Made by a program: the position numbers and the translations under genes. 64,000 bases of DNA, taken from NCBI GenBank assembly GCA_963769885.1, contig CAVYNH010000007.1, positions 416,001 through 480,000 on the forward strand. The letters are read 5' to 3'. The notes beneath the pieces are model-generated. The model saw only the letters and a list, made by a program, of their open reading frames with translations, searched no databases and was not told the origin of the DNA. This DNA is from Methanobacteriota archaeon. Lineage in GTDB: Archaea > Thermoplasmatota > E2 > DHVEG-1. This document shows, one piece after another, positions 47,952 to 58,494 of the stretch; within the stretch, counting starts at the first letter, position 1, and each line of letters opens with the position of its first letter.

Positions 47952-49261
47952 AAACATCCACAAAACACGCCATCATCCTCTCCCTCATCGAGAACATCAC
48001 CGAGCTCACCCAACTCGCCGAAACCCTTGGCTACCAGATCCAAAAAACTTTCATCCAGAACAGGACCACCCCTGATGCGAACACCTACGTCGGCACCGGC
48101 AAGGTCGAAGAAGTCCACGACTACCTCGACGACGCCGACCCCACGATTGACCTTGTCATCGTCAACGGGGAACTAAAGCCCTCACAATGGTTTACCCTGG
48201 AAAAAGAGCTCGAAACCGAGGTCTACGATCGCATTCGGCTCATCCTCGAGATTTTTGAGGAGCACGCGGACCGCAAGGAGGCACGCCTGCAGGTCCGCCT
48301 CGCCCAGCTCCAATATGAACGCCCGCACGTCCGCGAACTCATCCACCGGGCACGCGCCGGAGAACACCCCGGGCTCATGGCAGGCGGCGAATACCAGGTC
48401 GACGACTATTACGAGATGATTAAACGGCAGGTCAAAAAAATCCGCGATGAGCTCGAAAAGATCCGTGAGAACCGAGAACTGCAACGCCGCACGCGCCACC
48501 AGAGCGGTTTTTACGCCGTCTCATTGGCAGGGTACACCAACGCTGGTAAAAGCAGCCTCATGAACGCACTGTCTGGCGGGTCGGTCAAAGTTGAGGAACG
48601 TCTCTTCTCAACACTCTCCACAACCACACGGAACATCACCGAAAAGACCGAGGGAAAAAGCCCGCCAATTCTGCTGACGGATACCGTCGGGTTTATCGAG
48701 AACCTCCCCTCCTGGGTAGTGGATGCCTTCCATTCGACTCTGGAGGAAATCGAGCTTGCGGACATTGTCATCGTCGTGGTGGACGGCAGCGAAGAACCAT
48801 CAATAGTGGCGCGCAAGCTACAGGTATCGTTGTCCGAGTTGCGTGAGCTGGGAGCGGAAGCGCCGATTGTCATCGCGGTCAACAAGGTGGATTTGCTGTC
48901 CAGCGAGACTCTGGCAGGGTTGATGGAATACCTGTTCAGGCATGAGGTCTGCGCTGGTCATGTGTGCATCGCGATTTCGGCGAAGCAGCGGCTGCATATC
49001 GATCGGCTCTTGGGGGCGGTGACGTCGCTGCTGCCGCATCAAGTGGAGTTGGTGATGCACCTGCCGGCGTCGAAGGCTGGAAACGCGTTCGTCTCTGAGT
49101 TGTATCATAAGGCGAGGGTCATATCGGTGTCGTATAGTGATGGGATCACAGTGCAGTTCTCGTGTCATGAGGCGATCAAGGGGCGTCTGGTGTCGCGGTG
49201 TCAGCGGCTCCATGGGTGTGTGGTTGAGGAAAAGGCTAAAAGTTTTATACAGCAACCTTGA
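47948..49261 (+). CDS. hflX: GTPase HflX
   Basis: YVGTGKVEE, DRIRLILEIF..HA, EARLQVRLAQLQY, AGYTNAGKSS, LFSTLSTTTR, DTVGFI, NKVD. Real start at ATG 47948. Confidence 0.95.
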   Translation: MKTSTKHAIILSLIENITELTQLAETLGYQIQKTFIQNRTTPDANTYVGTGKVEEVHDYLDDADPTIDLVIVNGELKPSQWFTLEKELETEVYDRIRLILEIFEEHADRKEARLQVRLAQLQYERPHVRELIHRARAGEHPGLMAGGEYQVDDYYEMIKRQVKKIRDELEKIRENRELQRRTRHQSGFYAVSLAGYTNAGKSSLMNALSGGSVKVEERLFSTLSTTTRNITEKTEGKSPPILLTDTVGFIENLPSWVVDAFHSTLEEIELADIVIVVVDGSEEPSIVARKLQVSLSELRELGAEAPIVIAVNKVDLLSSETLAGLMEYLFRHEVCAGHVCIAISAKQRLHIDRLLGAVTSLLPHQVELVMHLPASKAGNAFVSELYHKARVISVSYSDGITVQFSCHEAIKGRLVSRCQRLHGCVVEEKAKSFIQQP

Positions 49262-49293
49262 TTCCTCGTCCACATATAAGGGAGGTTAGGTCA

Positions 49294-50328
49294 ATGGATG
49301 AGCCGCGAACGCTTCGCATGGAAATTTTTCTTGGAATAAGCCTGCTTGTTGTCGGGATTGTTGGTCGATACATGTTTGTCGGCCGAGGTATTCAGCCCTT
49401 CCCGAATTTTGAGATTATCATGGTCGTGACGTTTATTGGGATGATGGTGCTGCGGCCATGGGTCGCGTTCCTGCTCCCACTTGGGTGTATGATCGGCAGC
49501 GATGTCTTGATTGGGAACCCGATTTTTATAGGGGCGGAGATGAACCGGATTGTATTGTTCACGTATTCGGGGTTTGCGATTCTTGCTGCGGTGAGTTTCC
49601 TGCTGCGAAATCGGCTGCAGCCGATATATCGATCGTTGCGTGTGAAGACGGTGGGAGCTACCCTTGGTCTTGGTGTCGGGTTCGTGCTCCTGTATGATTG
49701 TTGGACGAACCTGGGGTGGTGGTACCTGCTGTATCCGCATACAGCTGGAACGCTGGGGATGGTGTTTACCGCGGGGTTGCCGTTCATGGTGTATCATCTG
49801 ATCTCGGGTCTGGTGACGTTTGGGTGTGTGGGCCTGCCGGTGTTGTTGGTTGCGTCGCGTCGGATTGGGATGCCGTCGCTACGACCGTTGCGTCGGCGGC
49901 AGCTGGTGCCCATCGTCTGCCTGGTCCTCGGGTTGGTCGTGCTGTCGTTCACCGGGATGGCCGCGCGGGTGCCGGAGCAGCACAGCGACATCTGGTTGAC
50001 GAGGGCAGATGCGACGAGCGTGTCGGTGACGGTGCAGGGCGAGGGCTGGAGCGTCGCGGACCATCTCATTGCCTATGAGGGTGACACGGCGTATAGTCTG
50101 TTGCAACGTCTTGCCTCGTCGCATGGCCTGTCGGTGCAGGCGACGTACTATGCGTCGTTCGATTCGTGGCTGGTGCAGGGCATCGGTCCTGATGCTGGGC
50201 ATGATGCGACGTACTGGCAGTATTATGTGGATGGCGTGCTGCCGTCGGTGGGTGCAGATCACTGCCCGGTGGTGAATGGGCAGAGCCTGGTGTGGCGGTT
50301 CGAGGTCGTCTCCTCCGAGATGGGTTAG
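49294..50328 (+). CDS. Membrane protein: ECF S-component-like (DUF6580-like) domain fused to a C-terminal DUF4430 (transcobalamin-like beta-grasp) domain
   Basis: PNFE motif, SD.LIG, TN.GWW...YPHT..GL..F.AGLPF over ~6 TM helices; C-terminal TAYSLL...V.GIG...YWQYYVDG....VGAD...V..G..L.W.F. Confidence 0.7.
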   Translation: MDEPRTLRMEIFLGISLLVVGIVGRYMFVGRGIQPFPNFEIIMVVTFIGMMVLRPWVAFLLPLGCMIGSDVLIGNPIFIGAEMNRIVLFTYSGFAILAAVSFLLRNRLQPIYRSLRVKTVGATLGLGVGFVLLYDCWTNLGWWYLLYPHTAGTLGMVFTAGLPFMVYHLISGLVTFGCVGLPVLLVASRRIGMPSLRPLRRRQLVPIVCLVLGLVVLSFTGMAARVPEQHSDIWLTRADATSVSVTVQGEGWSVADHLIAYEGDTAYSLLQRLASSHGLSVQATYYASFDSWLVQGIGPDAGHDATYWQYYVDGVLPSVGADHCPVVNGQSLVWRFEVVSSEMG

Positions 50329-51041
50329 ATCTCGCAGTTCTGCTGGTCCAGCGTCTTGATTTTTCCTCGGACGAGGCTGATGGTGAGTGCGACGACGAGG
50401 AGGGCGGTGCCGAGCCCGATGGCGGTGCCGGTGACGTCGAGGGAGACCAAGAGGTTGTAGGATGAGTGGAGGATGATGGCGAGTGCGTAGTAGGGGAGGA
50501 CGAGGAGGAGGGAGGTTTTTTTCAGCAGGGTTTTTCCGTAGCCGTAGCCGGTGAGGGCGGTGGCGGAGGCGTGGAGGAGGCAGGCGCCGAAGCTGCGGAT
50601 GGCGATGAGGAGGAAGAATGCGCCGAGGTCCGGGGTGAGGTTGTCGAGACCGTAGAAGAGGTTCTCGGTGGCGCTGAAGCCGAGGCCGGCGACGGCGCCG
50701 TAGATGAGGCCGTCTTCAAGTTCGGTGAGTTGACTGCGAACGGAGCGGGCGCCGAGGATGAGGGGTTTGGCGAATTCTTCGACGATGGGGGCGATGACGA
50801 TGACCATGAGGAGTGAGACCGTCTCGGCGTTCTGCAGCGAGGCGAAGAGGGAGATCTCGAGTCCGAATTCCAGGATGAAGGCGGCGATGATGGCGAGGCT
50901 GGCTCCCCAGAGGAAGCAGATGAAGATGGATGCCCATCGTTGGCGGTGGCAGCGTTCGGTGTCGCGGATCCACCAGGCGTAGACGATGGGGACGAGGAAG
51001 GCGGTTCCGAGGAGGAGAATGAGTCTGACGTCGAAGTCCAT
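50325..51041 (-). CDS. prsW: PrsW-family intramembrane metalloprotease
   Basis: APIVEEFAK, DGLIYG, GFSATEN, LLHASAT, LHSSYN. Confidence 0.92.
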   Translation of the reverse strand: MDFDVRLILLLGTAFLVPIVYAWWIRDTERCHRQRWASIFICFLWGASLAIIAAFILEFGLEISLFASLQNAETVSLLMVIVIAPIVEEFAKPLILGARSVRSQLTELEDGLIYGAVAGLGFSATENLFYGLDNLTPDLGAFFLLIAIRSFGACLLHASATALTGYGYGKTLLKKTSLLLVLPYYALAIILHSSYNLLVSLDVTGTAIGLGTALLVVALTISLVRGKIKTLDQQNCEI

Positions 51042-51151
51042 TAAGTGGGGGTAGTTTGCTTGTGTTTAATTATTTAATGCATTGATTGTTCAAGTCTGTG
51101 TTTTACTCAGGGAGTGTCCAGGGGAAGTAGTCTTGGGTGTAGATGGTCTTC

Positions 51152-52924
51152 TTAGAGTTTGTAGTAGTACTCGCCGCTTTCTTTCTGCTGGCGTTCGAGG
51201 TAGGAGTCCGGTTTGTTGACGCGAGGCCGCTGGGTGTCTTCGTCGCGGCGGAAGGTGACGTCGACGTTGCGGAGGAACCGGTTCATGCCTTCGTGGAGGC
51301 TGTAGGGGCCGGTGGCGACGCCGCGTACTCCTGAGGTGCCGTCGAAGACGATGAGGCCGTCGCTGACCATGTCGATGAAGTAGACGTCGTGGTCGACGAC
51401 GAGGGCGGATTTGCCTGATTTTTCGACGATGCGGCGGATCATCCTTGAGACGACCATGCGTTGTTCGCTGTCCAGGTACGCAGAAGGCTCGTCGAAGAGG
51501 TAAATGTCGGCCTCGCGCATGATCGCGGAGGCGATGGCGACGCGCTGCAGCTCGCCGCCGGAGAGCGTGTCCAGGGAGCAGTCCAGCAGGGTTTTGAGAT
51601 GGAGGGGCTCGAAGACCTCCGCCTGATACAGTGAAGCGGAGAACAGCTGGGGGGCTGTGGTTTCGTACAGTTCGCGGACGGTGCCTTGGTAGTCGGGGGA
51701 GATGTATTGGGGTTTGTAGCTGATCTTGAGGTCGTATTCTATCTCGCCGGTGGTTGGTTTCTGGACGCCGGCGAGCATCCTGACGAAGGTGGTTTTGCCG
51801 ATGGCGTTGGGGCCGACGACGCCGATGATCTCTCCCTCGCGGATGATGCCAGGTTCGACTTCGAGGCTGAAGTCGTCGAAGTCTTTGGTGAGCCGGCCGT
51901 AGGAGACGTAGACGCGGAGGTCCTGGCGTTGTTTGGGGGGATGGGCGACGAACTCGATTTTTTCGCCGAACTTGAGGTTCTCTTCTTTAAGGTAGCCGGA
52001 GAGGTAGGTGTTGATGGCGTGGCGGACGGCTCTGGGAAAAGTGGTGACGCCGTAGGCGCCCTCGGTGCCGTACATGATGTGGGCGTTGTCGCACATGAAG
52101 TCGAGGATGGCGAGGTCGTGTTCGACGACGATGACCTTCTTGGTTTTAGAGAGGGCTTGGATGATGCGAGCGACCTTGAGGCGCTGGTAAATGTCGAGGT
52201 AGCTGGTCGGTTCGTCGAAGAAGTAGAAGTCGACGTCTTTGATGAGGGCGGCGGCGATGGCGGTCAGTTGGAGTTCGCCGCCGGAGAGGGTGCCTCGGCT
52301 GATGTCCTTGCTGAGGAGGTTGTGGATCCCGAGTGTATTGACGATATCGTTGTAGGCTTTGGTGGTCCCATTTTTTTGGAGGACGTCGGCGACGGTGCCG
52401 GTGAGAATCTTGGGGAGTTGGTCGACGTATTGTGGTTTGAAGACGGCGGTGAGGGTACCTCCAGAGAGGCCCTTGAAGTGGTCGTAGAGTTCGGTGCCGC
52501 TGTAGGCGTCGAGGACGGGGGTCCAGCTTGGCTTGGTGGTGTAGTCGCCGAGGTTGGGGATGATCTGGCCGGCGAGGATCTTGATGGCGGTGGTCTTGCC
52601 GATGCCGTTTTGGCCCAGGACGCCGAGGCAGGTGCCGGCTTGGGGGATGGGGAGGCGGTAGAGGCGGAAGCCGTTTCTGCCGAATTGGTGGACAAGGTCT
52701 TCGGCGAGTTCTTCGGCGAGGCCGATGATCTTGATGGCTTCGAAGGGGCATTTGTGGACGCAGATGCCGCAGCCGGCGCAGAGGTCTTCAGAGATGACGG
52801 GTCTGCCGTCTTCGCCTTTGGTGACGGTTTCGTCGCCAGCGCGTACTCTAGGGCAGAACTTGATGCACTCGTAAGCACAGTTCTTGGGTTTGCATCGGTC
52901 TTTGATAAGGACGGCGATCCGCAT
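51152..52924 (-). CDS. rli: Ribosome recycling ATPase ABCE1/RLI
   Basis: N-terminal Fe-S motifs (CKPKNC..EC..FCP; CAGCGICVHKCPF), two ABC domains (GQNGIGKT, LSGGEL, DEP), TFRRD...RPRVNK. Confidence 0.97.
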   Translation of the reverse strand: MRIAVLIKDRCKPKNCAYECIKFCPRVRAGDETVTKGEDGRPVISEDLCAGCGICVHKCPFEAIKIIGLAEELAEDLVHQFGRNGFRLYRLPIPQAGTCLGVLGQNGIGKTTAIKILAGQIIPNLGDYTTKPSWTPVLDAYSGTELYDHFKGLSGGTLTAVFKPQYVDQLPKILTGTVADVLQKNGTTKAYNDIVNTLGIHNLLSKDISRGTLSGGELQLTAIAAALIKDVDFYFFDEPTSYLDIYQRLKVARIIQALSKTKKVIVVEHDLAILDFMCDNAHIMYGTEGAYGVTTFPRAVRHAINTYLSGYLKEENLKFGEKIEFVAHPPKQRQDLRVYVSYGRLTKDFDDFSLEVEPGIIREGEIIGVVGPNAIGKTTFVRMLAGVQKPTTGEIEYDLKISYKPQYISPDYQGTVRELYETTAPQLFSASLYQAEVFEPLHLKTLLDCSLDTLSGGELQRVAIASAIMREADIYLFDEPSAYLDSEQRMVVSRMIRRIVEKSGKSALVVDHDVYFIDMVSDGLIVFDGTSGVRGVATGPYSLHEGMNRFLRNVDVTFRRDEDTQRPRVNKPDSYLERQQKESGEYYYKL

Positions 52925-52984
52925 AGGGGTTGTCTCATCCTGAAGAAATCAGCGCTTCATAATGTTTATTGTCCAGGGATGTTG

Positions 52985-53941
52985 TTAGGAGGGTTTGGTA
53001 GCGGTGATGACGTAGTAGCCGTAGCGGGCGTTGTAGTTGTAGAGGAGTTGGAGGAAGGCTCTGGGGAGGAGGATGGCTTTGGTCATGGAACGCTGAAGTC
53101 TGGTGGATCGTGTGTTGGGTGCCGAGGCTTTTTGTTGGTCGGCGAAGAGGAGGCCGAAGCGGAGGACTTGGAGGCGGCTGACGGTGCGGTTTTTGAAAAG
53201 ATTGTCGACGGTGTGGATGGTGAATCCTGCGTCGCGGAGGTGTGTCAGGAGTTGGGTGAGGGTGGTGGTGTTGCGTTGGAGGAGGGAGGGGGCGGGGGCT
53301 TGGCGTGGGATGCGCTTGGTGGGGAGGAGGTCGAGGATGAGCAAGGTCCCATGTGGTTTGAGGAGGCGATGCATTTCGTTGGCGAAGGCGCGTTTGTCTT
53401 CGGCGTGGTTGGCGGATTCGAGGGCGTAGGCGGCGTGGAAGGAGGCGTCTGGGAAGGTGGTCTTGAGGAAGGAGCCTTGGAGGAATCGGACGTTTTCTTG
53501 GTTGGCGGTGGTTTGGTGGTGTCGTGCGATGTGGACCTCGTTTGGGGCGAGGGTGAGGCCGATGAATGAGCAGGTGGGGTGTTGGCTGGCGAGGTAGAGG
53601 GTGGTGGTGCCGATGCCGCAGCCGGCGTCGAGGACGAGGGACTTGGGGGCGAGGTTGAGTCGGCGGTCGATGTAGGCGTCCATGCGGTGGTGCGGTGGGG
53701 CGGGGGTGGTGTCGTGGTAGTCGAAGTGCCAGCCGTTGTCTCGTTGCGCCCGGCGGAGGGAGCTCTGGGGGTTGGTCCAGAGGGAGTCGTAGTAGTCAGC
53801 GAGGGTGGTTTCGTAGTCGCTGAGTCGTTTGGCGTCCTGAGGTGTGGGTGTGGTGGTGGGTCCCATGCCGGTGGGTACGAACGGGGGTAGGTGTTTTAAT
53901 TGTTCTGGTGGTGATTCGATGGGGTTTTTCCGTGGTATCAA
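52985..53941 (-). CDS. Class I SAM-dependent methyltransferase (tocopherol/sterol MT-like); start uncertain
   Basis: VLDAGCGIG, GLTLAP, FPDASF..AYALES..H..DK......RLLKP.G. Confidence 0.85.
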   Translation of the reverse strand: MIPRKNPIESPPEQLKHLPPFVPTGMGPTTTPTPQDAKRLSDYETTLADYYDSLWTNPQSSLRRAQRDNGWHFDYHDTTPAPPHHRMDAYIDRRLNLAPKSLVLDAGCGIGTTTLYLASQHPTCSFIGLTLAPNEVHIARHHQTTANQENVRFLQGSFLKTTFPDASFHAAYALESANHAEDKRAFANEMHRLLKPHGTLLILDLLPTKRIPRQAPAPSLLQRNTTTLTQLLTHLRDAGFTIHTVDNLFKNRTVSRLQVLRFGLLFADQQKASAPNTRSTRLQRSMTKAILLPRAFLQLLYNYNARYGYYVITATKPS

Positions 53942-54143
53942 TGATGGTGTGTTCGCATGCCCGGAGGGCAGTCGTGGTTTTAAGAGTGATGAGGAGTTGC
54001 GTCGGCATCGGTAAGGGTATCAGGAGGAGGATTGGCTACCCCTCCTGGAGATAGGTCATTGGTAAGGTTTCATCCCGGGCCGGTGCGGTAGGCTTATGAG
54101 GGGTGTGCCTGATGAGGGGGGAAATCTTCGAGTCGTGGTTGTG

Positions 54144-54752
54144 ATGAATCAGATGAGTGAGGCGAAGAAGCCGGTGTCGGTGGTGGCTGAGCCGGCGCCG
54201 TTGGGGTTGATTGGGTTGGCGGTCGCGGCGCTGGTGTTGGCGTCGACGGATCTGCGTCTGGCGTCGGCGGCGGCGAAGTCGTTGATGATCCCGTGGGCGA
54301 TGTTCATGGGGGCGAGCGCGCAGTTGATCGCGGGGTTGATGGAGTTCCGGCGCAACAACGTGTTTGGGGCGACGACGTTTACCACGTATAGTTTCCTGTG
54401 GTTTTCGGTGGCGATTACGTTGGTGATTACGGTGTTTACGCATGTGACGTTCGATCTGACGCATTATGCGTATGGGTTGTTGGGGTTCTTTGTGTTCAGC
54501 GTGATTCTGACGGTGGCGTCGTTGATGACGAATGTGACGTTTGTGTTGATTTTGGTGGGTATCGACGGGGCGTTGGGGAGTCTGGTGGCGAACCTACTGG
54601 TGAAGTCCCCGTCGGAGGTTGTAGGCGGGTTCTTGGTGTTGGTGTCGGTGCTGTCGTTTTATGGGGCGGCCGCGATCCTGCTGAATAGTATGACGGGCCG
54701 TGTGGTGCTACCGGTGGGGCGTGCGTTGTGGCGTCCGCGGGGCGGCGGGTAG
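54144..54752 (+). CDS. satP: GPR1/FUN34/YaaH (SatP) acetate/succinate uptake transporter
   Basis: AEPAPLGLIGLA, AQLIAGLMEF.RNNVFGATTF..YS..W; six TM helices. Confidence 0.88.
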   Translation: MNQMSEAKKPVSVVAEPAPLGLIGLAVAALVLASTDLRLASAAAKSLMIPWAMFMGASAQLIAGLMEFRRNNVFGATTFTTYSFLWFSVAITLVITVFTHVTFDLTHYAYGLLGFFVFSVILTVASLMTNVTFVLILVGIDGALGSLVANLLVKSPSEVVGGFLVLVSVLSFYGAAAILLNSMTGRVVLPVGRALWRPRGGG

Positions 54753-54975
54753 AGTATATTATTATGTACAAGATATTTTTTCTGGGCAAGAACGGGGATG
54801 CTTTTGGCTTTCGTTTTTTCTATTTTGTATTGGTATCAGGGTTTTTTTTCTTTCCTGCTGCGGGCAGGGGCGGCATCTTTCATCCAATCTGTTAAAATAA
54901 TATATTCTTTATTTCTATATATTTAACAAAGTACAAATGATACGACTTCATTTCGAACCCATAAGAAGGGGAAAA

Positions 54976-55165
54976 ATGAAGCACAACATCAGAATTGGAA
55001 GGCCAGTGAAAACCACGGTATTCTTGACACTGCTCATCGCGGCATCTATGCTACTATCTCGCTTCCCTGCTGTAATATCACAGAGCACGATGTTTAAAAA
55101 AAAGATAGACTTCGCAGAATCGCGGCACTCTGGGAGGGCACCCTCCTCCCTTCTTTTTTTCCCTG
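54976..55165 (+). pseudogene. Remnant of a secreted-protein gene: signal peptide followed almost directly by its terminator
   Basis: VKTTVFLTLLIAASMLLSRFPAVISQ matches the leaders at 58706 and 63812 (VKTTAFLTLLVT.SML.SSVPA...QN). The GGGAGG...CCTCC + T-tract at ~55132-55160 resembles the terminator at ~61930-61970. Confidence 0.6.
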
Positions 55166-55240
55166 CTCCCCCCTGGACCATACCGAAAGACAGAAATAGA
55201 CAAAGCAACCTTACCGTATATTATTAGAAGGCGTATATTA

Positions 55241-57895
55241 ATGAACCCAGTAAAATCCTCATTAGTGAATAGAAGGCTACTCACACGAGGTCTCGCGGTG
55301 GTACTATGCCTTATCATGTGTTTTACCGCCATTCCGATCCATCGAATCGCGAGCGCGGCTCCCACCTCTGCCTCGTCGCTCACCTATACCTTTTCCTATG
55401 CACAGCCGGCAGTATCCAACCAAATCCTCTCTTCTCGTTCCTTCACCAAGATCTCCATGCCGAACAGTCTGACCATGAGCAAGGAGGCCGGTCTTCCCGC
55501 ACTCCCAGTCTCATTCCTGAAGATCGCGCTCCCGGCCCAAACCACTGTTGACAAGATCTCCGTCGCGGGCGCCTCGCACGAGGTCCAGACCTCGATCAAC
55601 CTCAATGACCACCCCATCACGCCGTACCAACACCCGATTCCCTTCGGCGACCCGCTGCCGGCGGACATCAATTATAACCAGGGCGTGTACCAATCCACGA
55701 CTCCGTACCCGGCTTCCTGCTACGACGGGGCCTATGACATCGGCTACTGCCGCGGCTACGCCATCCTCTCCCTCGCCCTCATGCCCGTACAGTATGTCCC
55801 CGGCACCGGCAGGCTTCTGTTCACCCCGGATCTGACGGTCACGGTGAGCCTCAAGCCCGCTCCCCTGAACCCGCTGCTCCGCAACGATGCGGACGATGAG
55901 GCCTGGGTCCAGGCGCTGGTCTGCAACCCTGACGTCGTCACCAGCTACCGGAACCGTGGAGCCCCGCTGGGGTACCCCGGCGGCCTCTGCGACCCCGGTC
56001 AACAATATACATATGTTATTATTACAACAACACAGAATGGGCTGTCTGACTGGCAAACCGGCGGCTCACTCACCTACAATTTGACGAGCTTACTGCAGCA
56101 TCACAGCGCCACCGGCATGACCAGTGTAAAGGTCACCAAACAGACCATCGATGCCTGCCATGACTACTACAACACCACCTCGCTCTTCAACGACAGCCAG
56201 GCTCACATCCGCCAGTTCTGTAGAGACGCCTACCAGGATTGGGGGACGGAGTACGTCCTGATCATCGGTGATGCGGACACCATGCCCGCGCGCCTCATGA
56301 GCTCATCGGCGGAAAGCAACGTTGACGCCGATCTCTATTGGAGCAACCTGGATAACTCCTTCAACGCCGACCACGACAGCCAATGGGGCGAGGAAGGCGA
56401 CTCAGGCTTCGACCTCTACAGCGAGCTGTACGTCGGTCGGCTCACCGCCGATACCCCTCAGGATGTCTCGAACTGGATGACCAAGAGCTTCCGCTATGAT
56501 GCAGAGGGTAACCCTGACGTTCTTGATAACGCCTGCTTCTACGGCGGCGACACAACCTGGAACTGCCAGGGAGACGACTTCGAGGACTACAGCGGCGTCA
56601 AGGGAACCCACAACTACCTCGGGCCCAGCCCCGGCGCCTCAGGCCCATACCCGAGCTGGATGGGCTTCGAGTACGGCTTCGAGACCTGGAACCAGGTCTA
56701 CAGCGGCATCTCCTATAACATGAGCAACAAGTGGACCGAGGAGCCGCCGAACCCCGGTTGGCACGGCGGCGCAGGACAAGGCGTCCCCGGACTTCGCAAC
56801 GCCATCAATAACAACCAAGCCTCCGTCATTTCCGGCATCGCCCACGCCAACGAACACATGTCCCTTGATGTCACGGACACAACCTGGGAGACCCAGTACC
56901 ACAACACCCACCCGTTCGTCCTCCATGACTACGGCTGCCACTGCGGCGACTTCTCCGCCTCCGATGATGGAGTCCTCGACTCTATGCTCTTCCGGTCCAG
57001 CACCTACCTTGCCTTCGCGTGTTTCTTCAACACGGGGCTCGGCTGGGGGGCCTTCGACGATACCAACTCCTCCAGCGCGATCCAGCAGAAGATGTTCTGG
57101 GACTACTTCTTTGACATGGCCAACAATTCGGGGAGTGTCATGAATTGGCAGCTCGGGAAGGGCAATGCCTTCTCTAAGGATGAGATGGCCCCGACCATCA
57201 ATTGGGATGGGTCAAACCGGGAGACAATCCAGTGCCTCCTCCTCTTCGGAGACCCCGCGCAGTTGTTCAAACCCGCGCGGTCCAACGCCCCGCCCGCTGA
57301 TCCTGCGGCGCCGCAAGGGCCGACGAACGGTGTTGTGGCCTTCCAGTATGACTTCACCGCGACTACCACCGACCCCGACAACGACTCCATCTTCTATCTC
57401 TTCGACTGGGGCGATGGGACCAACAGCGGATGGGTCGGGTCGTTCGTTTCTGGTGAGACTGGTACCGCAAACCATGTCTGGACCGCGGGAGGCACCTACA
57501 GTGTGACCGTGAAGGCCAAGGATACGGTAGGGGCGATCACGAATGTCTCGCCGCCCGCCTCAATCACAATTGGCGCGCCGAACATGACGTGCAAGATTAG
57601 GGGCGGACTAGGCGCTAAGGTGATCCTCGAGAACTCCGGGGATGGCAATGCCACGCAGATTCACTGGAAGATTAGGATAAATGGTGGTATCGCCAGTGGG
57701 ATCCTTCGGGAGGTGGTTGGATCCATCACGGATCTGCCCGCGGGTGAGAAGACGACGATCAAGCCCTTTGGACACGAGATCGTCGGTTTTGGACGCATCA
57801 CCTTCGAGATGACTGCGACCGCGGCCTATACGAAGAATCTCGATATTACCAAGTTCGGGATGATCGTGGGACCCTTGATGGTGTTCCTCCCGTGA
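55241..57895 (+). CDS. Secreted gingipain-like cysteine peptidase (family C25): propeptide, catalytic domain, PKD domain, C-terminal Ig-like domain
   Basis: Signal peptide; propeptide (G.PALP, RGY.IL.L...PVQY.P..G.L); YVIIT, IRQF.RDAYQDWGTEYVLIIGD, DLY.ELYVGR; His in GIAHAN and Cys in YGCHCG; LFGDP; PKD motif FDWGDGTNSGW. Confidence 0.9.
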   Translation: MNPVKSSLVNRRLLTRGLAVVLCLIMCFTAIPIHRIASAAPTSASSLTYTFSYAQPAVSNQILSSRSFTKISMPNSLTMSKEAGLPALPVSFLKIALPAQTTVDKISVAGASHEVQTSINLNDHPITPYQHPIPFGDPLPADINYNQGVYQSTTPYPASCYDGAYDIGYCRGYAILSLALMPVQYVPGTGRLLFTPDLTVTVSLKPAPLNPLLRNDADDEAWVQALVCNPDVVTSYRNRGAPLGYPGGLCDPGQQYTYVIITTTQNGLSDWQTGGSLTYNLTSLLQHHSATGMTSVKVTKQTIDACHDYYNTTSLFNDSQAHIRQFCRDAYQDWGTEYVLIIGDADTMPARLMSSSAESNVDADLYWSNLDNSFNADHDSQWGEEGDSGFDLYSELYVGRLTADTPQDVSNWMTKSFRYDAEGNPDVLDNACFYGGDTTWNCQGDDFEDYSGVKGTHNYLGPSPGASGPYPSWMGFEYGFETWNQVYSGISYNMSNKWTEEPPNPGWHGGAGQGVPGLRNAINNNQASVISGIAHANEHMSLDVTDTTWETQYHNTHPFVLHDYGCHCGDFSASDDGVLDSMLFRSSTYLAFACFFNTGLGWGAFDDTNSSSAIQQKMFWDYFFDMANNSGSVMNWQLGKGNAFSKDEMAPTINWDGSNRETIQCLLLFGDPAQLFKPARSNAPPADPAAPQGPTNGVVAFQYDFTATTTDPDNDSIFYLFDWGDGTNSGWVGSFVSGETGTANHVWTAGGTYSVTVKAKDTVGAITNVSPPASITIGAPNMTCKIRGGLGAKVILENSGDGNATQIHWKIRINGGIASGILREVVGSITDLPAGEKTTIKPFGHEIVGFGRITFEMTATAAYTKNLDITKFGMIVGPLMVFLP

Positions 57896-57913
57896 TGAGT
57901 CCGTAATGGGAAG

Positions 57914-57965
57914 GCTCTCTATAGGGAGCCGGCCCTTCTTCTTTTTTCCTTTTATCATTTTTTTT
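57914..57965 (+). terminator. Hairpin plus T-tract after the C25 gene
   Basis: GGCTCTCT-AT-AGGGAGCC followed by a long T-rich run. Confidence 0.55.
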
Positions 57966-58494
57966 ACCCGCGTCGTCTGCTGTGGTATTCTGAGATTACT
58001 TTCTTTTGGAAAAAGAAGCGGAGTCGACGGAAGGTGAGGTTGGTTCCTCCCAGTTCTTCACTGGATGCGCGTGTTCCGTACTGTTGTATTCCAAATCGCG
58101 ATCAGCGTGTTCGCATAGGTCTTCCCGATCTTTGGAATCCCAAAGGCGATGACCGATTATGGCTCTCACACAATATAGAGGTGCCCCCCATCAAGGCTTT
58201 GGTGAAGAAACTGCAGACAAAGGGGTAGGTGGATTGGGTTGGACAAATGATTGAACGGCTTCGCATGCATTTCTTCAACTAAGGGGAATAGCTTCAAACG
58301 GTTACATAGCAGTGCTGATGATGGCCGTTTGCGAATGCTTTTCAGGCGTTCATTGAGAAGTCGAGGGAAAAGGAGAAAAGAGTGGGGTGAGATGATGAAA
58401 TCAGAAAAAAAAGGAGAATGTTAATTCGTGATATTTTACTGTTCTCTTGTTGCAGGTGTGTTGGTCTCTCTGTGGATTTGTCTGTCTCCCCTTT

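Noticed and set aside
58000-58400. Short ORF 58034-58228 as a gene
   Set aside because: No recognisable motif or codon bias; possibly a decayed remnant, but not supportable.
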